The notes beneath the pieces are model-generated. The model worked only from the letters and a program-made list of their open reading frames with translations, was not told the DNA's origin and did no database searches. From Candidatus Nealsonbacteria bacterium RIFCSPLOWO2_01_FULL_38_120 (GTDB taxonomy: Bacteria; Patescibacteriota; Minisyncoccia; Minisyncoccales; GWA2-38-27): a stretch of DNA of 33,004 nt. Shown here piece after piece: positions 8,903 to 16,371 of the stretch. The position numbers were made by a program, and so were the translations under genes. The stretch is from contig MHMF01000002.1 in assembly GCA_001821475.1 (NCBI GenBank), positions 1 to 33,004 of the forward strand, in the 5' to 3' direction. Position 1 is the stretch's first letter. Every line of letters begins with the position of its first letter.

Positions 8903-10276
8903 AAGATTATTTACTACTTCCTTAAAAATTTCTGGCGGTTGTTTGCCTAAAACTATTTCTCCATTTTCGTTCAATAAGAACCCAATTTGTTTTTCGGCGA
9001 TAGATTTTTCCTTGCTACCGAAAACTACAACTGTCCTTAAGATTGAATCGGGATTGTGCGATGGTTTGATAATTTTCTTCTCAATATATGAGAAGTTTTT
9101 TAATTCGCTGATACCTGATTTACGAGTAGCGTATCTTTTGCCCTCAACGTTTATTATCTGATTTCTTTCAGGATCATAAATAATCATATCTGGGAGATAT
9201 ATAATCATCGTTTTGTCTCCAGATTTATATATTGCTCTTTTGCCTTCCTGGTATTTTCCGATTGCCATTGCTCCTAATGTTTTATGCATAAAATAACCTC
9301 GCTCTGAGCCACCATGATTTGCATAAATTACTTCTGCCTTAGTATATGCTAAAAGCGTAACATGCAAAAAGATTGTAGCCATTTTCTCTTGCGAAGCTTC
9401 GTAGTGCCAATAACTCTCGTGACTAATCGTAACTGGCAGCCTTAAGCCCTCCAGCTTAATATCCAAGTGGTTAGCAATCTGAATAAATTTATTGTCCCTG
9501 CCCAAGTTTTCTTGTTTTAAACCGTGATGAGTAATAATAATATCTTTATCCTTTTCCCATTTTCTAATACATGCAGCGATAATAGTGAGAGCGCCTATGT
9601 TAGGATCATGTCCGATGCCTCCAGATTTATATAACCTCCCAGAAACTTCTATACGATTAGAAAGAATCTTAATCTGAATTGGTACATTACCCGCTGGTGG
9701 TTTTCTCATCGAATTTTTAGCCGAAACTAATTCGGCAAGATTAGAAAATGGCTTCATTACCGCCTCATCATAAACCTTACCCATAATTTCAACCCCGATA
9801 GTCTTTAACATTCTTGTACCGAATATATTTGTTTCTGTTGGTTTTTCCTTTTGAGAAATCTGAAGATTATAAAGCATAATCTTCTTAACGTTCGGATAAT
9901 AAAAATCAATGTAAACGAATTTACTGCATCGTTGATATACTCCCGTATTTCGAGATTCCGAATCGTCAGTCTTGGTTTCCTCAATCGCATATAAAGGTTT
10001 TGAACTCTGATCTGGTTCTTTCTCCTGGTAAAAAACAAGAAAGTCGACAAAGCTGGAATTGCCACTGGCAATTTTGATAAACACATTATCAAAGTCTTTG
10101 GAAACAACACCCTCGGTTTTATAAGTAAACAGAAAATGACCCCCTTTAATAATGGGGACTATGCGTAATTTGTTAATCTTTATCTGAAGATTAAAATCAG
10201 CAGCCATCTTTTCTAAGATAACTTGGATTACGCCACCTTTCGGCATTTCTTCTGTGAGAATCCAAACATTCTTCAT
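8891..10276 (-). CDS. Putative type II/IIS restriction endonuclease with two PD-(D/E)xK-like motifs
   Basis: FVDFLV…AIEETK…YQR and LPDMII…NVEGK motifs; convergent with and overlapping the MTase by 12 bp. Confidence 0.65.
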   Translation of the reverse strand: MKNVWILTEEMPKGGVIQVILEKMAADFNLQIKINKLRIVPIIKGGHFLFTYKTEGVVSKDFDNVFIKIASGNSSFVDFLVFYQEKEPDQSSKPLYAIEETKTDDSESRNTGVYQRCSKFVYIDFYYPNVKKIMLYNLQISQKEKPTETNIFGTRMLKTIGVEIMGKVYDEAVMKPFSNLAELVSAKNSMRKPPAGNVPIQIKILSNRIEVSGRLYKSGGIGHDPNIGALTIIAACIRKWEKDKDIIITHHGLKQENLGRDNKFIQIANHLDIKLEGLRLPVTISHESYWHYEASQEKMATIFLHVTLLAYTKAEVIYANHGGSERGYFMHKTLGAMAIGKYQEGKRAIYKSGDKTMIIYLPDMIIYDPERNQIINVEGKRYATRKSGISELKNFSYIEKKIIKPSHNPDSILRTVVVFGSKEKSIAEKQIGFLLNENGEIVLGKQPPEIFKEVVNNLLTS

Positions 10277-10380
10277 GAATTCAAAATATCACGAAATAAT
10301 AAATTTTACTACCCCAAGATGCTAAGATTTTGTAAATTCCTGTCAGATTTTGTCAGAAAAGTTGTCCACAGAAATTAGCC

Positions 10381-10408
10381 TTGACCTTCGCCCATATCCT
10401 GGTAAAAT
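10381..10408 (+). promoter_or_regulatory. Sigma70-type promoter for the element core operon
   Basis: TTGACC(10381-10386)-N16-TAAAAT(10403-10408) with extended -10 TG. Confidence 0.6.
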
Positions 10409-10480
10409 CAAAGTGTAGACAGAAGCGGAAAGGATCACCGCTAAAAGCCCAAAAAATTATAGAAGACTTAGTGAGCAAGT

Positions 10481-10552
10481 AGGGCTATAACTTCTGTTCT
10501 CAATCAGCAAGATTAGAAATTGATTGAGGACGAGAAGTTGTAGCCCTTTTTT
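10481..10552 (+). terminator. Long leader hairpin with U-tract (attenuator/terminator or sRNA 3' end)
   Basis: AGGGCTATAACTTCT-GTTCTCAATCAG pairs with TTGATTGAGGAC-G-AGAAGTTGTAGCCCT using G-U pairs, followed by a T run. Confidence 0.7.
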
Positions 10553-10657
10553 GTTTGTAAATTATTAAATTCCCTTCTGAGGCTAAGTGCCTGGATGGCA
10601 AGACATTTTTCTATAAGAACAAGATAAAGGCTGGCTCCCAGCAGGGGCAAGCCTTTT

Positions 10658-10858
10658 ATGTTGCCCCCAAAAGCCATACAAGAATTCAAAGAATTATACA
10701 AAAAGCGCTACGGCGTGGAGCTTTCCGATGCCGAAGCTTCTTTTCGTGCCAATAACCTTTTCAAGCTCTACAAGATCGTCTACATGGGTGAACCTTCTGT
10801 GGAAGGTCTCGAAATAAAACCAACGAAAAATTATGTCCCAAAACCAAACAATAATTAG
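10658..10858 (+). CDS. Small hypothetical protein of the type seen in CPR integrative elements
   Basis: 66-aa ORF, AIQEFKELYKKRYGVELSDAEA…ANNL pattern; first gene of a co-oriented overlapping run. Confidence 0.65.
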   Translation: MLPPKAIQEFKELYKKRYGVELSDAEASFRANNLFKLYKIVYMGEPSVEGLEIKPTKNYVPKPNNN

Positions 10859-11144
10859 CGAAATTCAATTCTACCCCGTTAAGCCCAAAGATGGTCTTTT
10901 AGGATTTGTTTCATTTGTCGTGGACGACAAGTTTTGGATGGGATCAATAGCGGTATTCACTCGGCTGGAAGGCGGCTATCGTCTGGTTTATCCCACCCGC
11001 AAGGTCGGCAGTCAGAATATAAATATTTTTCACCCGATTAATCGTGACGCAAGTCTACAGGTCGAATCTGCCGTGATCAAAAAAGTAGAACAAATATTTA
11101 ATGAAGATTATAAATCAACCGAACCAACAGAAAAAATGTGGTAA
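10833..11144 (+). CDS. SpoVG-family nucleic-acid-binding protein
   Basis: ISEIQFYP…LLGFVSFVVDD…I.V…G..LVYPTRK…IFHPIN pattern matches the SpoVG fold. Confidence 0.75.
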   Translation: MSQNQTIISEIQFYPVKPKDGLLGFVSFVVDDKFWMGSIAVFTRLEGGYRLVYPTRKVGSQNINIFHPINRDASLQVESAVIKKVEQIFNEDYKSTEPTEKMW

Positions 11145-11520
11145 GCACGCAAACTTCTTCCCAGCACCACATAGAGTTTTTGATGATGAAGAACTCCGCA
11201 TTCAGCTGAGCCACGCAGACAGGGATTTTTATATAGCACTTTGCCACTTAGCTAATCGACACGCTAATGAAAATGGATGGTTTCGACACATCGACGGCGA
11301 ATTCAAAACTCTGAAGGGAAAACGAAAAGGATTTGTTTCTTATGGGTTCGGCTCAACAACCTGCAAAAGAGCCAGGAAAAAACTTATAGCTCTTGGCCTA
11401 ATTGAAACAAAAGAAAATCCAGAAAAACGAGGTAAAACAGGTGGCACTATGTATCGAATTTGTATAGAGAGTTGGAATAACCCTATAGACCAAAATGGTC
11501 TTAAGAACAGACCACCATGA
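11101..11520 (+). CDS. Winged-HTH replication-initiator-like protein (N-terminal domain only)
   Basis: NFFPAP…LSHADRDFYIAL…TCKRARKKLIALGLIE…GGTMYRI wHTH pattern, followed by iteron-like repeats. Confidence 0.6.
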   Translation: MKIINQPNQQKKCGKHANFFPAPHRVFDDEELRIQLSHADRDFYIALCHLANRHANENGWFRHIDGEFKTLKGKRKGFVSYGFGSTTCKRARKKLIALGLIETKENPEKRGKTGGTMYRICIESWNNPIDQNGLKNRPP

Positions 11521-11546
11521 GCCATAGCATAAGACCGCAAAGGTCT
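11487..11546. repeat. Three iteron-like AGACC-N5-GGTCT motifs followed by an AT-rich tract (putative origin)
   Basis: AGACCaaaatGGTCT 11487-11501, AGACCaccatGAGCC 11509-11523, AGACCgcaaaGGTCT 11532-11546; AT-rich ~11549-11630. Confidence 0.6.
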
Positions 11547-11628
11547 CCATATTAAAAAAGAAGTATTAAGAAATTAATTAATAAAGCATAAGTAATGCAC
11601 ACAAGCGTGCTAAAAAAATAAATAAATT

Positions 11629-12237
11629 GTGAATCAAATAAATTCCACAACTTCAAAGATGCCAAAAGAAACCGAACAGCAATACACGGCATGGCTTTTG
11701 TATTGCGAAGCGGGCAGCCTGGTAAAGACATTAATCCTATGGGGTAATGTTGGGCAAAGTGTGGGTGAAATGGGGGTGGAATTTGCCGAACGGCTTGGCA
11801 AAAAACCGAGCGATACGACACTGGAAAGATGGTCGAAAAAATATCACTGGGTTGAAAGGCGTGAGATTAAATTAACGGAAGACTTAGAAGCTCTACGGCA
11901 AAAGACCAAAAAGATAAAGCGAGAAAAACTTCACAAGATCGCTGAGATCTTCGACAAGATCACTAATAAAGTCCTTAAAAGACTTCGGGGAGATGAGGAG
12001 CCTTCCATTTCAGAATGGAAAATGGTCTGGGAGATGTTCCAGATTGAGCTTGGAAAACCGACCAGTAGGGGTGAATTAAAAACAGAATCAGAACAAAGAC
12101 TGCCAACGTCCGAAGAAAGGGAGCATGGGAAAAGACTTCATAAAGCTGTGGAATGGTATTTGGACAATGAACTGGACGATGAAGACAAATGGCAAGAATT
12201 TCAAGAGCTCATTGAGAAAAACAAAAAAACAAGGTAA
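11629..12237 (+). CDS. Putative phage small-terminase-like HTH protein
   Basis: ETEQQYTAWLLY…SL…TLERWSKKYHWVER pattern then coiled coil; start may be ATG 11659. Confidence 0.5.
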   Translation: MNQINSTTSKMPKETEQQYTAWLLYCEAGSLVKTLILWGNVGQSVGEMGVEFAERLGKKPSDTTLERWSKKYHWVERREIKLTEDLEALRQKTKKIKREKLHKIAEIFDKITNKVLKRLRGDEEPSISEWKMVWEMFQIELGKPTSRGELKTESEQRLPTSEEREHGKRLHKAVEWYLDNELDDEDKWQEFQELIEKNKKTR

Positions 12238-12240
12238 AAT
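12212..12240 (+). promoter_or_regulatory. Sigma70-type promoter directly upstream of the structured RNA
   Basis: TTGAGA(12212-12217)-N17-TAAAAT(12235-12240); predicted start ~12247 coincides with the stem start. Confidence 0.55.
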
Positions 12241-12245
12241 ATAAT

Positions 12246-12392
12246 TGCGTCCTACAAGTTTGAATTAAGGCACAGGGTAATTGCTTCTTTGAAGCCCAAT
12301 TGCGGGCTGAAAGGGGCAGCTATCCTCCACAATTGGTTGCCTTGTGCAATTCAATCTTGTGGGACGCAGGCTCTGGCTGTCCCTTTTTGTTT
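12246..12392 (+). ncRNA. Unclassified highly structured RNA or cis-regulatory leader
   Basis: Outer stem TGCGTCCTACAAG-TTTGAATT / AATTCAA-T-CTTGTGGGACGCA; several inner stems with many G-U pairs favouring the + strand; U-rich tail. Confidence 0.6.
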
Positions 12393-12482
12393 TCCTTGAC
12401 TTGCTAAAGCCTTTGACCCATGTTGTGTGTTGAGGGGAGAAATCCCAAAAAATCGAATAAAAAATTAATTAATGAACCAAAT

Positions 12483-13367
12483 ATGACAAATAAAGCCAAA
12501 ATTAGCGCCGTAATCGCCATTGTAGCGGTCTTTGGGGCGAGTTATGGAGTTTATCACCTTATAATCAAAGCACCGCAAAATAAAGGCAATGTTGATGTAA
12601 CTTCAATAAAGACATTCGAGCAATGTTCCGAAGCAAGCTTCCCTATAATCAGGCACTATCCAGATCAGTGCCAAACGCCAGACGGCAGAATCTTCATTAA
12701 TGAAAATCCTCCGAGTGAGGCCGAGCTCGCCAAAGCCGAACAAGCGATCAAAACATTCATGGGAGACCCGAACTTGGAGCTGGAATACATAACGCAAAAT
12801 AGGCATCCCGCAAACTTCGGTATCTATAAACCTGCCGATCCGAACGATCCATCAAATACTGACAAGCAAACAGCAATCCGCTATGACTTTACAGAAGAAT
12901 GGGATCGCCCAGTTTACATCTTCCAGCAAACAGAATACATCAACAACCGATGCGAAGTTTATCAATATCAAGTAACCATAAAAACTAACCAGGTCGTGGA
13001 GATAGGTATGGTCTATCCCGAAGGGCTTCAGGCAGAAGCTTCAATCTCTGGAGAGTGCGGTAATGGATCGCTGGAATGGCCACTTAAAACTAAAGAAGAA
13101 ATCGAGCAAGCAGCCTTCGCATATCTGGGCAGAGACTCAGAACACACGGGCTTTCTGGCAAGATCAGATATTCAGCTCGAATACATCTCAAGCAAACCAG
13201 GCGCAGAAAACCCATCTCATAATGAATGGCGCTGGGAAGATAAAAGCTACAAACTGCCAAAAGGGCTTATTGCTGATCCGTTCCCTTATCCAACAATGAG
13301 AATAATAATGTCGAGTGGTAGAAAGCTGGTTTATTATCTCAACACCACCGATTTATTTAATAACTAA
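12483..13367 (+). CDS. Membrane-anchored extracellular protein with CPR-type Cys motif
   Basis: N-terminal TM (ISAVIAIVAVFGASYGVY); TFEQC…FPIIRHYPDQCQTPDGRIF motif; start moved from 12420 to ATG 12483. Confidence 0.7.
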   Translation: MTNKAKISAVIAIVAVFGASYGVYHLIIKAPQNKGNVDVTSIKTFEQCSEASFPIIRHYPDQCQTPDGRIFINENPPSEAELAKAEQAIKTFMGDPNLELEYITQNRHPANFGIYKPADPNDPSNTDKQTAIRYDFTEEWDRPVYIFQQTEYINNRCEVYQYQVTIKTNQVVEIGMVYPEGLQAEASISGECGNGSLEWPLKTKEEIEQAAFAYLGRDSEHTGFLARSDIQLEYISSKPGAENPSHNEWRWEDKSYKLPKGLIADPFPYPTMRIIMSSGRKLVYYLNTTDLFNN

Positions 13368-13368
13368 T

Positions 13369-14973
13369 ATGAGCCAAGAGGACTTATTGAAAATTAAATA
13401 CTTCCTCTACGCCAGAAAATCATCTGAACAAGAAGATCGACAAGTGCTTTCAATCGATTCGCAGAAAAGCGAACTGGAATCAGTTGCTAAAAAAGAAGAA
13501 CTGAATATCGTCGGCCGATTTGAAGAATCATATTCAGCGAAAGACCCAGGCCGAAAAATCTTCAATGAAATAATCGGACGAATTGAAAAAGGTGAAGCCA
13601 ATGCTATTCTCGCCTGGCATCCGAATCGCCTCTCAAGAAATTCAGTAGATACGGGGTATTTGATTTATCTGATGGATCAAAACAAACTTCTCGAAATCCG
13701 AACGCCAGGACAAACATTCAAAAATACTCCGAATGACAAATTTCTTCTTAATCTTCTCTGCAGCCAAGCAAAACTTGAAAACGATAATAAAGGTATAGAC
13801 GTAAAGCGTGGCCTAAGACGCAAAGTAGAACTGGGCTGGCATCCAGGCCCAGCGCCGATCGGCTACTTAAACACTCCAGATAAAGAAAAGGGATTCAAAA
13901 CAATTCGCAAAGACCCGAAAATGTTTCCGATGATCCGCAAAATGTTTGATCTGGTCTTAAGCGGAGATTTTACTGCTCCCCGTGTCCATGAAATTGCAGT
14001 TGAGAAATGGGGCTTAAAGAAATTAGCCCGAAGCGGTTTTTACCGCACGTTGTATAATCCTTTCTATTACGGCTGGTTTGAATGGCCGAGAGGCAGCGGT
14101 AATTGGCGTAAGGGCAAACACGAGCCAATGATTACCAGAGAAGAATTCGATCGCATTCAAGAATTAATGCATCCTGGTCAGAAACCAAAGCCTGAAAAAC
14201 ACACCTTCGCTTATACGGGCATGATCCGCTGCGGTGAATGCGGTTGCATGATTACAGCCGAGAATAAGGTCAAAAGAAATAAACAAGGCGGTGAGCATTA
14301 TTATACTTATTATCGCTGTACCAAGCGTCGTGGGCGATGTAGCCAGAAATACATTGAGGTAAAAGAACTTGAAAAACAAATTACAAAAACGCTGGCTGGC
14401 ATAGAAGTACCGCCGGAATTCCATAATTGGGCTATGACTTGGCTTCGGACTGAAAATACCAGAGAATCTAACGACAGGAATACCATCTTAAATAATTTAC
14501 AGAAAAATTATGAAACCTGCGTCAGAAAACTGGACACACTAATCGACATGCGAGCTTCGGGAGAAATAACCGAAGATGAATTTAATAAAAAGAAAACAGC
14601 CGTAGGCCAAGAAAAGGCACGACTTCAAGAACTTTTGAATGATACTGATAAACGCATAGACAGCTGGCTCGAAACCGCAGACAGGGTTATCAAATTCGCT
14701 TCGGATGCCAGAGAAGCTTTCACTGAGCGAGGCCAGTTAGCGAGAAAGATTATTCTTTCCGCCTTAGGTTCGAACCTACTCTTAAAAGGCAAAAAACTCG
14801 AAATTGACGTACAAAATGCGCTTATGCCAATGATGCTCGTCTCATCTGGGGCAAAAATAAAAACTGGTACGTTCGAACCAGTCAAAACAGGCACAAATAA
14901 AGAGAAAAGCGGAGCTTTTGGCTCTGCTCATCCCATATGGCTCCGCGGGCAGGACTCGAACCTGCAACCTTGA
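13369..14973 (+). CDS. Large serine recombinase (integrase) with recombinase and zinc-ribbon domains
   Basis: YARKS catalytic Ser, NRLSRN, PIGY, CGECG…YRC…C zinc ribbon, coiled coil; C-terminus WLRGQDSNLQP is read antisense through the tRNA. Confidence 0.92.
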   Translation: MSQEDLLKIKYFLYARKSSEQEDRQVLSIDSQKSELESVAKKEELNIVGRFEESYSAKDPGRKIFNEIIGRIEKGEANAILAWHPNRLSRNSVDTGYLIYLMDQNKLLEIRTPGQTFKNTPNDKFLLNLLCSQAKLENDNKGIDVKRGLRRKVELGWHPGPAPIGYLNTPDKEKGFKTIRKDPKMFPMIRKMFDLVLSGDFTAPRVHEIAVEKWGLKKLARSGFYRTLYNPFYYGWFEWPRGSGNWRKGKHEPMITREEFDRIQELMHPGQKPKPEKHTFAYTGMIRCGECGCMITAENKVKRNKQGGEHYYTYYRCTKRRGRCSQKYIEVKELEKQITKTLAGIEVPPEFHNWAMTWLRTENTRESNDRNTILNNLQKNYETCVRKLDTLIDMRASGEITEDEFNKKKTAVGQEKARLQELLNDTDKRIDSWLETADRVIKFASDAREAFTERGQLARKIILSALGSNLLLKGKKLEIDVQNALMPMMLVSSGAKIKTGTFEPVKTGTNKEKSGAFGSAHPIWLRGQDSNLQP

Positions 14974-15012
14974 AGTTAACAGCTTCTTGCTCCACCATTG
15001 AGCTACCGCGGA
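14938..15012 (-). tRNA. tRNA-Asn (GTT), CCA encoded
   Basis: TCCGCGG TA GCTC AATGGTG GAGC A AGAAG CT GTT AA CTTCA AGGTT GCAGG TTCGAGT CCTGC CCGCGGA G CCA folds as a cloverleaf. Confidence 0.96.
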
Positions 15013-15035
15013 ATAATACTTTAAGGCGTATTTTT

Positions 15036-15064
15036 ATCTTAAATAAATTCAAACTTTTTTTCAA
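15036..15064 (-). promoter_or_regulatory. tRNA promoter
   Basis: TTGAAA-N17-TAAGAT on the minus strand. Confidence 0.55.
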
Positions 15065-15083
15065 TATGATTTTGTTTTTATCG

Positions 15084-15143
15084 TCAATGTCACTGGAACA
15101 CTTCCCTTTATAATTATAGCGGGAAGTGTTCCCCTGACATTGA
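15084..15143. repeat. 60-bp palindrome immediately after the rpoD stop (terminator/processing stem)
   Basis: TCAATGTCA..GGAACACTTCCC..TATAATTATA..GGGAAGTGTTCC..TGACATTGA. Confidence 0.7.
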
Positions 15144-16325
15144 TTAGTATCCTTTCAATTTCTTTAATTTTTCGTGATCGCGAATTTTAGTAAGGGCTTT
15201 TGCTTCAATTTGGCGGATTCTTTCGCGGGTGACGCCAAATTCCTGGCCTACTTCCTCCAGGGTATGAGTGATGCCGTCGCCCAAACCGAACCGCATCGCC
15301 AAAATTTTCTGCTCTCTCGGATTAAGGTCAACCAATATCTCTCCAAATCTTTCCTTAAGCAAGCTCCTTGCCGCTTGAGTGGAAGGCGAAACTGTCTTTT
15401 CATCTTCAACAAATTCAGCTAAAACGCTGTCTTCGTCGTCTTCGCCAACCGGCATTTCCAGGGAAACAGTTTCCTGAGAAATTTTTCTGATATGATGGAC
15501 TTTTTCAACTTCAATGCCCATTTCGGAAGCAACTTCTTCGGGCAAAGGCTCCCTGCCCAAGTCCTGTAAAAGCCGACGCCTTATTTTCGTGTATTTTGAA
15601 ATCGTCTCAACCATATGCACTGGTATCCTTATAGTTCTTGCCTGGTCTGCCAAAGCGCGGGTAACCGCCTGCCGTATCCACCAAGTTGCGTAAGTTGAAA
15701 ATTTATAACCCCGCCTCCAGTCAAATTTTTCAACAGCCCGCCTCAAGCCGATATTCCCCTCTTGCACCAAATCAAGCAATGTCAAATTCGGCGACTTGCC
15801 TATGTATTTTTTCGCAATAGAAACAACCAAGCGTAAATTAGCCCTCATCAGTATTGCCATCGCCTCCTTGTCCCCGCCCTCAATTTTTCTTGCCAGCTCT
15901 TTTTCCTCCTCAGCGGTAAGAAAAGAAACCTTTCCGATTTCTTTCAGATAGAGTTGAACCGGATCAATTTTAACATCTCCTAATCCGGACAAAGCCTTTT
16001 TTTTCTTCGCGTCTTTTTCAACTTCCAAAAATTCTTTCGCTTCTTTTATTTCTATACCTGTTTTATCCATTTCCTCGTAGAGGTCTTCCAAGCCAGCTAT
16101 GTCTCTTTCAACATCCGGAAAAAAAGCCAAAATCTCAGAAGTTGTGACAAACCCTCTTTGCCTGCCTTTAGCGAAAAGGGCATCAATTTTTTCCAGAGTG
16201 AAAACTTTTTTTGCCGCCCGCTTTTTGCGAGATATTTTATTCTTGTGTATTTTTTTATGAATTTTTCTCCCAGCCGCTCTAACTTTTTTCTGTTCTTTTT
16301 GCTTTTTCTTTTTTTCTTTTTTCAT
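15144..16325 (-). CDS. rpoD: RNA polymerase primary sigma factor
   Basis: [61 protein letters not shown]. Confidence 0.97.
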   Translation of the reverse strand: MKKEKKKKQKEQKKVRAAGRKIHKKIHKNKISRKKRAAKKVFTLEKIDALFAKGRQRGFVTTSEILAFFPDVERDIAGLEDLYEEMDKTGIEIKEAKEFLEVEKDAKKKKALSGLGDVKIDPVQLYLKEIGKVSFLTAEEEKELARKIEGGDKEAMAILMRANLRLVVSIAKKYIGKSPNLTLLDLVQEGNIGLRRAVEKFDWRRGYKFSTYATWWIRQAVTRALADQARTIRIPVHMVETISKYTKIRRRLLQDLGREPLPEEVASEMGIEVEKVHHIRKISQETVSLEMPVGEDDEDSVLAEFVEDEKTVSPSTQAARSLLKERFGEILVDLNPREQKILAMRFGLGDGITHTLEEVGQEFGVTRERIRQIEAKALTKIRDHEKLKKLKGY

Positions 16326-16371
16326 AATCGCAGTATGTAAATGCCAGACATCTACATAAACAAAATAGCTG

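Larger units (their letters stand above)
1..14973. mobile_element. tRNA-Asn-integrated genomic island / satellite-like element; left end not identified
   Basis: Integrase abuts the tRNA 3' end; phage-like core genes; AT-rich defence cargo. Confidence 0.65.

Noticed and set aside
10362..10370. DnaA-box-like TTGTCCACA near TGTCAGA repeats
   Set aside because: Single mismatched box with no cluster; not enough to call an origin
14882..15064. 60-aa ORF over the tRNA
   Set aside because: Translation of the tRNA and its promoter
16334..16358. Small hairpin between dnaG and rpoD
   Set aside because: AT-rich short stem with no U-tract; function cannot be supported
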